Shown: positions 1 through 17,413, counted from the first letter of the stretch. The stretch: DNA of 64,000 nucleotides from Chlorokybus atmophyticus (GCA_009103225.1 RHPI01003261.1:228902-292901); one strand, 5' to 3'. Notes: a model not told the origin generated them from the sequence alone. Numbers and translations are program-made.

Positions 1-362
1 TGTGTGATATTCTAAAGGTGTGCCGGTGCAGTGCGGTCGGTGTAGGCCCAGTCGTACGGTCCTCACACAGAGAGTAGTAGCGGGAAATGACGGGAATGGC
101 CTAGTAAATGCCGGCGGAAAAACAGAGCAAACCCTAACTTGAGCGAAACAATGCATCCACACGTCGACATCGACATACGCTGTCATTAGGAAATGGCTTC
201 GTGTGTCCACGTCGACGGACGGAGACGAGTCTACGATTGCCGGCATCGACGCAACAAGACTTGTCACTCTGCGACGACGTAGACACAGGCGCCATAACGT
301 ATAGACTTTCCTGAGTTAATCGTTTGCCCATGGAAGCTTCTCGGGCACACCGACTGCAGCTA

Positions 363-3300
363 GGGTAAGGTGCCCTAACTTCGGACACTTTACACTAGTA
401 AGGTCACCGTTAGCTGAGCACTTCACCGTTTTGGTCGATTGATGGCTTGGTTGAAAGCTAGTGTGATGACCTATCTCTCAAGCTTGTCCTTGTATTTTTA
501 GCCTATCAGATGCGTCCGTGAGCCTCCGGCAAAGACCAGTCAACAATGCAGGCGATCTAAAGTGAAGTGAGCCTAACTTCGGACAGTCTAGTATTGCCTG
601 TATGTTGTAAGACCCAAGGTGGTTGTGGCGGCGGTCAGCGCCTGTTCGTGGCGAGGGTGTTGTTGTTGTCCTTAGGTGGGGTTGTAAGGTCAGTGGCGCA
701 TTGGCGGCGCCTTCTACGCACACATGAGACGGAGGTAAGGCTTGTGCAGTGTGCATGTGCGGTGTGCACAGAGTTGTGTGAGCAGAACTGTGCATGCGTG
801 TGCATGCGCATGCAGCATGCATAGAGCCGGTGAGCATGGCGTGCAAGGGCAGAGGCTTGTCAAGCATGTTTGTATACACAAGGTAGATGTTGCGCGCTAT
901 CTACAAAGGGCTAGCTGCATGCACATGCTAGTTCTAGTACAGGATCTTTGCTAGGCGCAGGCCTCCTCTTTTCTGAGCATACGCACGGTGTTTTGCCAGT
1001 GTTGCCTTGGACAGCGCTGGTCTTGCTTGGACGGCACACGTGAGGTTGTCTTCCTCCAGCTCAGCCCATGGCCCGGCAGTTGCTGGGGTGTCGTCCTCGG
1101 TGTCACTGCTAACCACCTCCTTGTTGCGCAGGGTTGCTGCGAGCTTCTTAGCCTCTTTCGCCTCCTTCGCCTCCGCCTTCTTGCGCTGCTTCTCTGCTGC
1201 TGCAGCTGCCTTGGCTTCAGCTTTCTGCCTCGGTCTCTCCGCCTTCTCCTGTGCACGGACTTCCTTCTCTTGGGCCTTTGCAGCCTGTTCACCTGCTGCC
1301 TCTTCCCTCTTCCTCCTGAGATCTGCCTTCCTAGCAATCCTGCGTGCCTCAAGGCGCTCCTTCTCAGCAGTGCGTTCGCGCAGATGTCGGATGATTTCGG
1401 GGCTGGTGAGGATGGTGGCGGCACGCATGTATGAGGGTGCTTTGGCCTGAGCTCTGAGCTGTCCAGGCAATACTTCCTCCATGCCCAACTCCTCCTCCTC
1501 TTGAACATCAGGTACTTGCGAGTTGTTGTTATCGATGTCTTGAGTTTGCTCTTCTTCGTCTCCCTCACGGCCAAACTCTGCTGTGAACAGGGCCTCCAGA
1601 AGTGCTGGGCTGATGGTGCTTGGCTCTGGCTGGACTTCCATGTCCTCAGGATCATGCAGACGGTCGTCCAAGGCATGCATGTTCAACGGCCAGAGCCCTG
1701 CAAGGTGAGACAAGCATGAGAGCTAGTAGACACTGCAAGGAATCCAAGGCTGCGACTGTGCATGCTTGTGCATAACCTTGCATCAGCTGGCAGCAAGAAT
1801 GAGACTGTGCATGCATCACTGTGCACTCATGCTAATTGTGACTGACCAAGACATTGCATCACAGGGTTACCTGTCTTGCGGAAGCCAGCTATGATGTTGG
1901 CAGGACTCATGGCCGTCAGGAAAGGGTTGGCAGTCAATTGGATGAAGATCTTTTTACACATCTTCAAGTTGGGGTTGGAGGCCATGACACGAACATACTG
2001 GTGCTTGTACGCCTGCTTGAAGCTGCGAAAGCAGCTGACGTCAAGTACCTGCAAGGTGACCATGTGTTTATGAGCTGTGCAATGTGTTGGCAACTTATGA
2101 AAGTGCATGATCCCTACAGCAGTTGTACATCAGGCTTCCATACCTGCATGAGATGGGTGAGATGCGGTGGAAAGGTCAAGATGTGCACTCCGTTCTCAGC
2201 AGCTTGTTCGAGCATGTCAGAGTTGAATCTGGAAGAGTGTCCGTCCACAAGTAGAAGGCATGGGTTTTCAGAAGAAGCACCGCCAGGTATGTTGTCCATA
2301 AACAGCTGAACCATTGCTGGAATATTTCGGTTGTCATGTATGCATTCTCCTGTGTGTCACACAAGTGCATGTCAGTGCATTGTCACATGTACATGCATAT
2401 GCACATGCACATAGTAGGTACCTGCATAGCAAGGCCACTGCCGGGGGGGGCATCTTCAAATCAATCCATGGTCACACGCTTGCCTTTGCAGATGTACAGG
2501 GGGGGCATGTGAGCACCAGCGGCGTTCACACAAGCCATGATGCTCATATGTTCTCTGTTGCCGTAGAGTCTATGGTATGGATTGCAGAAACCACGGGGAG
2601 CCACCACCTTCACAGTCCCCAAGTTATCTGCTTCCAGCCCTGTCTCATCCGCATTCCAGATGCGTGAGGGGGTGAGTTTCAGGTCCTCTACCAGCCGCTC
2701 ATATAGATGGAAGAAAGAGTGCACAGCTCCTGGGGTCGCCCATTGCCAACGGCGGCGGTCTAGACCCTTTGCTACTCTCATGCTGAGGTTGTGACATAAC
2801 AGGAATAGGCGACACCATTTCTTGCCAGGGATTTTGGTCTCGCCAAACCTCCTCAGCCTCTCCTCCGCTCCCTCCAGAAGTGTTATCACCTTTCAACACA
2901 TTCAGTGTCAATTACTGCACTGTCTTGCATTTTCTATTTTAGACTTACCTTGTGTTGCAGTGCAGCTACGGTGACAGAAGTGGCGTGCCTGCACATGTCC
3001 GTCACCCACATAACCAGTTGCTCTTCTTCACTTGCAGCGAGGATGGGAATGCGACCAGGCTGGCGTGGCTCATTGAACTTGGCAGGGTTTCTGAAGTAAT
3101 CACTGAGAGTGGACTTATGAACTCCAACGTCGTCAGCTGCCTCACGCAATCCTCTCTCGCCAATTCTGATCAGCTCACAGGCGGCCATCATCTTGTCAAA
3201 AAGAGTTGAGTTGCGGGAGTACATGGCATACTTGAGGCCCTTAGCCTGCACTAGAGAGCGTAGGTCTTGAGCCTTGAGGTTGCGTGTAGCCTTGCCCTTT

Positions 3301-4176
3301 GCTGGTGCAGTTGGCGTGGGAGGTTGCCGACGCTTGCGCCTGGCTTGAGGGGTGCGGTCCTTTGGGGCCTATACATACACCCGGGTGATGAGAGAAGCTA
3401 TGGCAGCACTCATGGGTGACACAATCTCTCTGACTGGTCCAGCCAGCCAGCAATACCATAGCATAGCATAGCATGGACAGCCTGGCTTGCATGCAATGCA
3501 ATTCACATGTACTTGAGTTGCAACTTACCCCGGAGTTGTTGGTGACATTGCTATCTTGACTGCCGCTCTCAAGACTGCATGCTGCTCGTGTCCGCACCAT
3601 GTTTGCAACACCACCACCACCACAGCTCCCTAACACACACACACTTGAATGTGGCTTGAAGCACCACACTAGGCCTTATATATGATAGCCCTTGCATGTT
3701 AACTACGTTTACAATGTAACACACCGCCATCAGTTAGCTCCTCTCGTTGCTATCACCATTTCAATATTTCACCTAACGCGTCAGCTTTTTGCACATGCTA
3801 CCTTTATGGCCCATAACTTGGCGGCTGATCGGTCATTTGGGCTGCGCATAGGTTCAAGTTCAAAGGTAATTGGATGATCTACCATATGCAAAAAAACCCC
3901 ACCGCCAAATCCCACCTCAGTCCTTATTGGCGATAGTTCAAAGTTAACAATGACCATGCAAACCAGCGCTAAAATTTCAAACTATTTGTATTTTGGCGGG
4001 TCAAAACAGCTCGGATTGGCGCCTAGAGCCAGTAGCAGGCTCATTGTGACCAATCACAGCACCTCACCAAATTTCAAGCCAATTGGCCGCCAAATGCAGA
4101 TTCTACAGTATATTTTGCACGCCAACAAGGCAACTGTCCGAAGTTAGGGTCTGTCCAAAGTTAGGGCACCTTACCC
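363..4176 (-). mobile_element. pogo/Tc1-mariner superfamily DNA transposon, full length, decayed
   Basis: 25-bp TIRs GGGTAAGGTGCCCTAACTT(C/T)GGACA at 363-387 and 4152-4176 (1 mismatch), flanked by TA at 361-362 and 4177-4178. Encloses a DDE_1 transposase. Confidence 0.92.
934..3251 (-). pseudogene. pogo-type transposase (HTH/CENP-B + DDE_1), spliced, with in-frame stop and frameshift
   Basis: HTH-like REAADDVGVHKSTLSDY; WNADETG; LLLVDGHSSR; FPPHLTHLMQ; basic/acidic C-terminal tail. Phase-0 GT-AG intron 2890-2948 joins K to VIT. In-frame TGA at 2461 (MD*FEDAPPG) and a frameshift near 2310. Confidence 0.88.
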
Positions 4177-4733
4177 TAGAACTTTTTGGCTAATTTGCGC
4201 CGAAAGGCCTCTACACTCTGTCTAGGCCTGATTTGCGTCGCCATTGGTGGCTGCGTCTTCGGGGACGGGACTTGAGGCTCCGGACTTCCGTCCGGTTGGT
4301 CGCGTGTGGGCGTGGTGTCGCGCTCCGGCTGTTGCGCATTGCGCGCTGCAGACGAGTGCATCTGGGCGTGTAGTGCATAATCTTCAGCTTTCAGGGTAAA
4401 TACATGTGCATTGCATTTCTTAATAAGTGCATCTCATGAGGTGCCTAACCTCTGATGTGTCCATGCACTTGACAAGGTGGATTACAGTTGAATTATACTG
4501 CATTGAGATTGTAACCCTAACCAAGTACCTTACAAGTAGGGTTACTCATTGTATGCATATCTTATGCACTTACACCTGCATACAAGCATACATGCATTTA
4601 TGCACTCAAAGCGGGTGCATAACTCATGCACAACAAACGGGCATGAACTTGATAAGTGCATACATATGCCCGTTCCGGATGGTATGCATGTATCATGCTT
4701 AGCCTGCGCCGCACTCAATGATGCTAACACGGA

Positions 4734-4735
<2 letters not shown>

Positions 4736-4826
<91 letters not shown>

Positions 4827-4977
4827 NNNNNNNNNNNNNNNNNNNNNNNNNNNNNNNNNNNNNNNNNNNNNNNNNNNNNNNNNNNNNNNNNNNNNNNNNN
4901 NNNNNNNNNNNNNNNNNNNNNNNNNNNNNNNNNNNNNNNNNNNNNNNNNNNNNNNNNNNNNNNNNNNNNNNNNNNNN

Positions 4978-5063
<86 letters not shown>
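4736..5063. repeat. (CT)n microsatellite spanning an assembly gap (N run 4827-4977)
   Basis: Pure CT dinucleotide run on both sides of the N block. Confidence 0.98.
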
Positions 5064-5067
<4 letters not shown>

Positions 5068-5434
5068 ATAAGCACAGTTGCATGCTTGCATATGCACAAT
5101 CTCCTGCGCCTCTTTTGTACACCATGCACATCATCCATAAAAAAAGCTCATCGCCATCAGCACTATCATGTAGCTATGGCTACTCCATGAGTAGGCTGTT
5201 TAAAGATAGCAGCATCAGCCAAGGCTACATCTTGCATTCCAACTTGCAGTGCAATGGTGTACTGAAGGTGGGAATTCAAGATCGCCTGTCGTACCTTTCT
5301 ATGTATGGCAATCATTGCAAACCCGTTGCAAACAGTTATATCAAGCACATCGTGCACAGGATACCTGTGCAGGAGCACAAGGGGGGCCGCACAACAACTG
5401 TCATGTAAGGGCGTACCAAGCAATCAGACAGTAA

Positions 5435-8563
<3,129 letters not shown>

Positions 8564-9360
8564 CCTGGCCACAACCTGCCGCACCTTAACCAGAAGACAT
8601 TCAGTGTCTTACTTGAAGTGGTGCTTCAGTAAGGCACTAAATCTTAGTCTACTATATATCTGTTAAGTTGTCTGTTATCCTTGCGGCATTCAGCCCGCAG
8701 TCACTGCCTTAATGGCTGGGCAATCAAGGGGCACAACGCCTGCGGTCAGTGTCTTATTGCTGCAACCCCGTAACAAGCTGACATCTGGCGTTTTGGTGGC
8801 ATGCAAGCTGGCGGCGGCGGCGGCGGCGGCGGCAGAGGCATTGACGTGGGATTGACGGCTTGAACGACGGGGTGTCTGGGGTTGGCGCCAAGAGATAGCA
8901 GGAAACAAGCTTGTTTTGCATCTCTGCTTTTTGCGTTGGAAAGGTCGCTGCTGCTGCTTCCTACGTTGGGCAAGGCAGGAAGGTAGGGCTTGCATGAGCA
9001 CCAGGCTTGGTGCTGTGTTGACTTGAATGCATGTTTGCTTAGTGACTTGCGTTAGACTCCGTCTTCAGGGCTTTGGCTGGAACTGTCTGTGCGTGCGTGT
9101 GTGCGTGTGTGCGTCTGTGTTTCTTGCATGCGTACAAATCTGGTGGATCCCTGTCGATGTCAACAACATGGACATGTGCATTAGACAGCGGAGTAAGTAG
9201 ACCACATATTACTAATCACGGAATGCTTATTGTTCGTATTGTTCGTTGCCAATCAGGTCGCTTGAGACATTTGCTGGTTTGTTGGCTGTGCAGCGAGATA
9301 GCATGGCGTAGCCGTGAAGTGTTAGCGTGTGTGGGCTTGTAAGAGAAGGGAGGACAGAAA

Positions 9361-10832
9361 GATGCTGAGTTGCTTCGTGCCGGTCGAGGAGGAAGACGAG
9401 CTCGCCACCCGTGCCGACGTTGCGACAGTGGCGGAAGTGCGCCAGCAGTTACGCTCTGGTACGAAATCCTGATGCTCTTTGTTTGCGACATGCCTCCACT
9501 GTTGCGTGTCGTGCAGAATATTTACAGCTCTAATCTTCAGCTGCAATGCACCATGTATAAGCACTGCAGTTCGGCATGTGAGCTGCAGTGCTTAGCTTTG
9601 TTGAATCCTTGTTCTGTAATAGTGATGTCGTTATCCTTGTGCTGTCAAGAACCAAACTGGTATGCTCGCAACATTGCGCACTGTTCTACAACAGTGGGTA
9701 GCTGTGGAGAGTGCTTTGTCACGGTAAGCGCATTCGTGCAGGTAGCGATGAATACACCATTAGATTGAAGAGTGGTTGGTTCCGCCACAAGACAGGCGCG
9801 CTGTACAACAGCGACAATGTTCCAATTATGACCTTCCAGTGGGCGTCACCAAGCTACCTTGAGGTATGCATAATTGTTTCACGCATTTTGCTCAATTGCA
9901 ATCCGCAACTACTGATGAAAATGTGGAATACGGTGTGGCGTGCATGCCTTCCAGATGGTCGTTATGCATGCCCTCACTGTAGTTGCCAACGCTGAACCAC
10001 CCTGCAATGTATGATGAGTATTAGGACGGGCTTGTTGCGCAACACTTGTCGGAGTGGCCATAAGCCAGCTGCACGGTGCGCTTTTCAGGTGCGACATGTT
10101 GGGAGTGACGCCCTGCTTGGTGTGGTCAAGCACAAGAAGCTGCATGTTGATGGCAGCCAGCTGGCATCATGCGACATCATGCACGACTATGCGGGTGCTT
10201 CCGTTGCAGTTCTGACTTGGGAGGCGACCACTGCTTTGAAACCTCAGATCAAGGTAAGCTAACTTAACAGCAGCAGTCCGCATGCCTTCCACAAACGTCC
10301 ATTGGTTGCTAAACTGGGATATGTGCATATACACACATACTTACATCATAATGTACATGTGCATGTATGCGTTTATGTATGTGTTGGGGGGATCACCAGC
10401 TGTGGCAAGCATGTTGAACTGAGCATCCAGCCGTGCTGCTTCTTCTAGACAGTATCTTTTGTCAAAGCGTGTTGCATGCACACCGTGTGCATTATTACAG
10501 CATTGGACCACAGTGTTCAGCCACGACTAGAGCTCAGAATATTGTCGCTGTAGGGACACGCAGACTATGCCAAGCTGCACACGCTGTATGCGCGCGGGAA
10601 GGCCGCCAACACGCCGGACTCAATAACGCTTCTACGTCAGGACATTGGCGGCGGGGCCGTGACAACGGTGTGCACGGCGAGCAGGAAGCGTGGTTCCAAC
10701 ACCATCATGCTAACGCTGGGCCTGGACTTCAGCGTGGACCCGTTCTCCCTCGTCATCCTCGTGCCATACCTCTTTCGCCAGCTCGGACCCAATGCCTTCT
10801 CCAACAGCTTCATACCACTGCTCGTCGTGTGA
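9361..10832 (+). CDS. Multi-exon hypothetical protein, possibly LURP-one/tubby-C (scramblase-like) fold
   Basis: GT-AG-bounded exons KSGWFRHKTGALYNSDNVPIMTFQWASPSYLE, VRHVGSDALLGVVKHKKLHVDG...WEATTALKPQIK and GHADYAKL...DPFSLVILVPYLF. The family call is impressionistic and the start is not resolved. Confidence 0.35.
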
Positions 10833-11496
10833 GTGCATCCATCCCCTGTGATATACAACTCTTCCCTCTCAACCCCAAGTTTTGTTTGATTGTGCTAGAT
10901 CAAGTGTGCATAATGTATTTACAGATACTGTTGTTATAGGATGTAGTTACGCTGGATGCTGACATGATGTAGGTACCAACACCAACCTAACTCAATAAGC
11001 TCTCCGTATGGAAGTCGTGGTCAAGTTGCACGTCCACAATGACATGATAATTGACATATACTAGCAACAGATGCGCATATACTGCTATTATCACTATATA
11101 TGGGTTGCCAACAGCGATGGTAATTGGTGCAACCATCCGCCGGACACTCGGGCATTACCATTGTTGTGGGCATGTGATGATGGTTGGTACTCGGTATATG
11201 GGTAGAAACATACCACACATGTGTATAGTTGTAAACCATTGTCAAACCGTTGTGCTGACTAAGTTACGCAGGCCATGCAACTATGTAGGTAGTAATGCAC
11301 AGTGTAGTAGGATAGCCCGGTGGTGGAATATATGGGAGAGTGAGTGCGGACTGCGTGTTGTTCCGATGCATGCGTGTGATGAATGACACTTTGCATGAGC
11401 AATGATGTAGCGCATTGTGTGTACATGCATAGGCTTTCCAAACAGCAAAGGTGCACGCCATGCTAGCATGCGTAGCTGCCTACCCAGTGCACAGGG

Positions 11497-11498
<2 letters not shown>

Positions 11499-11549
<51 letters not shown>
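11499..11549. repeat. (GA)n microsatellite
   Basis: Pure GA run. Confidence 0.97.
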
Positions 11550-11554
<5 letters not shown>

Positions 11555-12475
11555 AGGGGCGCATTCGCACGCTGCATGCTGGTACACAACACGTCGGCTG
11601 CTCTGCGCCGTTGCTACTGGCCTGATGCTGCTACTTGTGCTTGGGACAGGTAATGGATGATGCTGACGAACATGCATGCATGTGTGGTGCACGGGGTTTT
11701 TTGGGCCGTAAGAGTATTACGCTAGGTAGTGTACTACTTGGTGTGACTACTTAGCCCGGAGGTGTATATACTAGTTGGTGTCTGCGTCTCACTTGTGCTA
11801 TGCATGTGACTTGCGATGTTGGGTGTGATACACCTTGTGCATGCCGCTAGTTGTGCCTTAGATCTTTATACACACAAGCACACAACCAACAGCAGCACAG
11901 GAAACAAGGGCACTTTAAGTACTTGGGCCAGGGCCTATCTAAACTGTGTGCACTACCTAAGTGCGTATGGTGTGGGCGGGATCAGCAGCAGCAGCAGGGC
12001 AGGGGATGGGCAATGACGTGCAAGCAAACAGACCTGAGTGCACAGGGCCTGCATGCATATCAAGTCAGTGTGCAACTGTATACCCAGTGGGCTGCGCTGC
12101 GTGTGTGTGGCACTCCTCTTCATGCATGCCTATACACACTGTTGCGCATTGTTTGTACGAAGAGCGCCTGCAAGACCTGCACCCCTTGGTTTGCAGCACA
12201 CCGTAAAACCACTCGAGTGGCCTGAGAACCAACGCAGAGACGTGACCAACTCAACATCTTCACTGCCATCCAAAACGTGTGCGCGGCTTACAGCACTGGT
12301 CGCTCGCTAGCACTCGCAGTCCGAGTTGCTTCCACGGGGGACGTCGGGGCGTCGGTGGAGTGTTGAGGAAGAGGCGGCGGGAGGAGGCGGACGGTCAGGA
12401 AGAGGCGCAGGCGGAAAAGGAGGAGGCAGAGGCGCAGGAGGAGGGGCAGGTGGAGGAGTAGCAGGAGGGGCGGCG

Positions 12476-13743
12476 ATGACCAGTCGGTACTCGAGGCTGC
12501 GGACGGCTGCGGGCGATGAAGAGCGGGAGGAAGATAAGGAGCCAAAGGTGAGGGTAGACTACTTCTACAAAGGGGATGTTAACGAGCAACAGAGAGCATT
12601 GGTGGGGCTTGTCAGCCAGACGCTGGCAGAACAGCAAAATATCACTTGAAATAGCAAGTACAATGCACAAGGGCGAGAGTACATTAGCTCTCTGTTGCAC
12701 TTGTTAGTATCCTGAGAATGTCTGGTCTGCGCATCAACGTATGTTGACTTGTCGATGTATGACTCTGTGCTCGGCTCGGCCGGCTTGGTTCTCTCGCAAG
12801 TTGCGTTGCTCAAGTTCTCCAAACTGCCTTAGTCGAAGGAGATTGTCGTCATGGCAGAGATTTGCACACGCGCCTCAACCCTCCATTCGCTTGTGGGGCA
12901 ATATGATGAGCTACAGCTATTAGTAATTGCAAGCATTGTCAGGTTGTTGTCTTCTCTCCCCTAGTGCAGCCAGCTGTTGTTTGCAGACAACCACGTTCGC
13001 CCAGTCATGTTGTGTTCGCAGGGATTCATCGGGGTCAAAGTGTGCTGATATGTTGTTAATGGCAGGTAAGGGACAGGCGGTTTGAGGATCCTGGCGGAGG
13101 TTTGGAGTCGCGGGTGCCGTGGCGGTCCCTGGCGCTGGCGGCCTTCCTGCTCGTGTCTGGGGCGCTCATACTCTCCATTGCGTACCTCATACTCTCAGGA
13201 CACATGCAGGGAGAGAGCTCGCAGGTGCGTGCATTGCCTTTGTCATTGTCTGAACACGTTCTGTAACAAAGTGGAGTGCATCCAAGCAAGTGTGGTTAGC
13301 TCATGGGCACTACTTTGCTTGCGACAATGCACTGGGCCAAAGCACTCGTACCACAACCCAGCGCTGTTCGTTGATTTGCCGTCGCAATGCACGAGTGGCT
13401 CTCACATGCACTGCTACACAAACAGTTATGCACACACAAGCAGTAGGCAAGCACACGACAACATGTGCCTGTGGGTAGCACCGCAATTATTGGCTACTTT
13501 GCAGTCGCATGCTGCGCAATTTCCGTAGTACTGGAATAAAAATCGGCAATGCAACGACATAATTCAACTCAACGGAAGAGTAATGCACATTCAACCAAAC
13601 TGAAGCTTCTTTATGCTCAGGGCTATGGTTTGCTCTTTTTGGGGTCTCTTCTGTTCGTGCCTGGGTTCTATGAGTCCCGCATAGCGTACTATACATGGCG
13701 AGAGATGAGCGGGTACTCCTTTGACCAAATACCCTCGTATTGA
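12476..13743 (+). CDS. TMEM230: Transmembrane protein 230-like (DUF872 family), about 3 exons
   Basis: MTSRYSRL... / VPWRSLALAAFLLVSGALILSIAYLILSGHM / GYGLLFLGSLLFVPGFYESRIAYYTWREMSGYSFDQIPSY* matches the two-TM family and its conserved PGFY..RIAYY.W C-terminus. Confidence 0.88.
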
Positions 13744-14515
13744 CACTCTGTAGACGTTCCATAATAGCCAAATAAGGTGTTACACCTGTCCTGCATCTGT
13801 GTAAGTAGCTAGCAGTAAGCAGCAAGGGTTTGCGTGCGCACACTTCCTGGTTGGTATCTATGTAGTCACACCCCCTGCCCACATTGAGCTTGTAACATTT
13901 AGGGGTATAGTGTGCAAGTTGTATATCCATTGTTGTGCATTCTACACTCAAGGTTCATAAGCTCAAGGTACAGGCAATTTTAGACGCTATTGTCTGCACA
14001 ATGTGCGATTAACCGATATCCACCCAGACTGCATAAGCATTGTGTACCTCAAGCTGCATTGCATATTCGCTGCTTGTATGCACAATTCATGCACACAGCT
14101 GATGTGTGTTGGTGTGCCGTGCCAAGCACATGCAGTTGAGTGCTTGTGCTCAAGCACGTTGCATTGCAATGGGAGCCGGGTGTGATTACAATGTATCCCT
14201 TGAACTTCAGGTGCAAGAAACGACATGATGACACCATAACTATGATGTCAACTCCTGTGTTGGTTGACTTGAGCTCGTATCCAGCGTCCTGCGCCACAAC
14301 CACAGTTGACTACAATGTGCCAAGGCAATCTGCAGAGCGGCAGAAACAAACCAGTGGAGCATAGTCACGTATGCATCACCTTTGCAGCTCGTTCTGAGCG
14401 GGCTTCTGTGCCAGATCAACCTTGGCGCTGCTGGTGGCTGTCAAACACAATTGATTAACAAGGATGCAGTACTACTCGCAATGATGGGACTCGAGCATGT
14501 GGTCGCAGTGCATGC

Positions 14516-17413
14516 TTACCAGCTGCTTCTGACTCTGCAGCAGCCTTTGAAGGCGGAGATGTAATCTTCAGTGTCTTTTTTGGCACCCATTGATTGACAC
14601 CGCGCCCTACTGAGGGTACACCTGGTCTTTGCGTTCGAGCAACCTGGCATGTGTCGATGGTGAGGGTAAGATACTAACGACTGCAAGCCACACACTGCAT
14701 ACTGCACTGCAGACTGCTTAGACTCGCTGCAAACTGCACGAAGACGTGCCTGAGTGTAGTCGGTGTACACGGATGCATACACGTACTGCTGATCTGGCAA
14801 GGCGTGCTGTAGTGGAACATAAGGGGGTGCTGCTGGGTTGGGTACGCTGCTGCTAACAGGTGTTGGAACCACCGGCATCCTACACAAACATGCGCATGAG
14901 ACACTGAAGTTGTTGCTCAATGCTCGGACATATGCCACGCCTGCATGGGCTTTCGATGACAGCAGTCAATACACAGTGGCACACACACAATCATATCGTA
15001 TGTCATGAACACCAGTGCTGCATGCAAGGCATGCGTTGTTGAACAGAGGTCGTACTCACCAGACTTGCTGCGTGCCAGGGTACACATACTGCGGTTGTTG
15101 ACTGCTGTAGTGCGTGATGAGCCCTGCGCCAGTCATAGTCACCTGGGGAGCTGCATACTGCAGACCACCTGCCACATACACACCATTAGAGACAAACCCA
15201 CCCACGAGATTGGCGACCAAAGTAAGCACTTGCATGATACCCACCGGAGCTATGCTGAACACCATAAGCTTGAGTTGGCTGATAGTAGCTCTGTGTACCG
15301 GCCCGGCCTTGACCTCGGCCACGGCCTTGTCCCCTCCCTCTGCTGTTATGGCGTTGCTGCTCCGGTCCAGCGGGAGCAGCGGCCTCCGTGTGAGTCTGCG
15401 AGCTGCTCGATCGTCTCGCGACCTGTGCTTGTGACTGTGCCTGTGACTGCGTATGCTTCAGAGGCCTTTCGTACCGCTCGGATGCCGTTTGCGTTGCGGA
15501 CGTTGAAGTGGCTCTGCTGGCTGCTGACTGGGCTCGTTGCTGGGTCGCACGCGGTTGCGGCATGCTTCGCGATGAACTTCGTGCATCACCCGACAACCTG
15601 GAGGCCAAATCACAACATGAGTGGGAAAGCAGGGCAACCAACTCTCTGTGTAAGCCATGTACATAAATGAATGCAAGATATGCACAAACACGTACTCAGT
15701 GGTGTGGAACATGCGAGTTGCGACGCGAGCAGCAGGCTCGTCATCAGTGTGCTCCGCTGGGCCATCACTAGTAGAAGCATCCCTACCCCTTCCCCTGTCT
15801 CGACCCTGCGACCGGGGCACCCCTCTTGAACCCCTGGAGCCTCTGCCCTGCGCATACAGTGACAGTCAGACCCAGCATGATGCATTGTACAGCACACACA
15901 CACAACATCCACTGCGCTTACCCGCCCTCTCGACCCTCTACCACCAGCACCTGACTCCAGTGTTGCAAACTTGTCGTGGGCCCACTTGTCTTGGTCTGCA
16001 GAGTCCCATAGTCTTCTTCCCCTCGCGGAAGGTCGCCTGCATCGCATGTGAGAAACAGCAAGCCAATGCTGTATATGTGCCGCAAACTTGCGCCTCTTGC
16101 AAGCTTCACCTGGGTTTTCCACCGCTCTCTCCAAACCGATCGTCGTGCATGTAAAATGCGCCGGATGTGGGCACCACAAATGGCTCCTCCTTTGCCTCTG
16201 CTGGTGCAGCCTCTGCAGCTCCTTCTCCACTCTGTTCTTCCTACAAAGACATTACACTCATCCATTGTATGCAAGAGCACTGCATGTTGCGCAACCCGTA
16301 TGTATGCAAAATACCTAGGCAGTGACTGAGCAGCAATGAAGGACCATGCAACTGGTAGGCAAGCTGAGACTGTGCATAGTTGAAACCTGTCCAACAATGG
16401 CATGCAAATGGCAAAGGGTAAGCCAGGCATCGCCATACCTCGGCTTCACCCTCATCGGTGGCATACTCACGGGGAGCTACTTCAGCATCGGGCTCGGCCT
16501 CATCCTCTGAGCCGCTCCCTGCTGCACGGCGCTGGCCAACCTGCATGGTATTGTTGCTTAAGCTGATCACAATGCGTGTGGAAAAATGTGCGGCGCTCAT
16601 GGCAGCATGCAGCATTGCAACGTTCGACTCCGACGCAATTGCCCCATGCATCTTGACTGCGCACTTGAAAGCAAACATTGCATACGCAGAGGCAACACAC
16701 ACCCATGCAGTGACATGTGTTCTTATACTACGTAGTAAATAATTTCTATTTTTGAAATCTATCCTCCTCTTACTACTAGATTACAATGTCAACTAATTGT
16801 ATATATATATATATATATATAGATATATATATATATATTCTTTTACACCCCTCTGGGTTTCCCCGGTTTTTGATTAAAATTATAAAGAAAGGGTTACCAC
16901 AGAGTGGAGGGAACAGTTTACTACGTGAAGCATGGACTACAACGACTTGCACCTGTCACTGCTGTGGTCGTTATCGTGAGCAAATGCAACCAATGAATTG
17001 CCGTTCAGCTTGCGCGATCACTGCCGTACACTACTCTGTGTTGTGTACAGCAGCTCACAGTGCACCGTCTCATGTTGCACGAAGACGGATGCAGCCGAAA
17101 CTGACTGAGGCACCTACACCACTCCCCACGACCAGCCACAGACAAATGCAGAATGGCAATTGACACATGTAAATTGGACGATGACTAAATGTGCAAGGAC
17201 AACCAATAACTGCTACGGCGTGCAGCACACCGAGACGCTTAATCACAGTTCTGCTGCTGCTGCTGCTGCTGCTGCTGTGACAACACAAACAAGCTTGTAG
17301 GAGTTTACCTCGGCGCTGCCGTCCGACTCGTACGCCTCCTCTTCAAATTCTCCCTCCTCACCCGACACGTACTGCTCCTCCTTCAACTCCTCCTTCCTGC
17401 CATCGTCCGCCAT
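14516..17413 (-). CDS. CASC3: CASC3/MLN51/Barentsz (Btz-domain) exon-junction-complex protein, multi-exon
   Basis: Acidic first exon MADDGRKEE...YESDGSAE; Btz motifs EPFVVPTSGAFYMHDDRF (~16130-16190) and RRLWDSADQDKWAHDKF (~15965-16020); RG-rich middle region. The 3' end is approximate. Confidence 0.88.
16800..16838. repeat. (AT)n microsatellite
   Basis: AT run with one interruption, in a CASC3 intron. Confidence 0.9.

Noticed and set aside
134-4361. Host ORF interrupted by the pogo insertion
   Set aside because: Joining the flanks at the TA gives a stop codon in all three minus-strand frames at or before the junction.
4542-5190. Long ERER/LSLS ORFs (also at 11281-11692)
   Set aside because: Translation artefacts of CT/GA microsatellites and the N gap.
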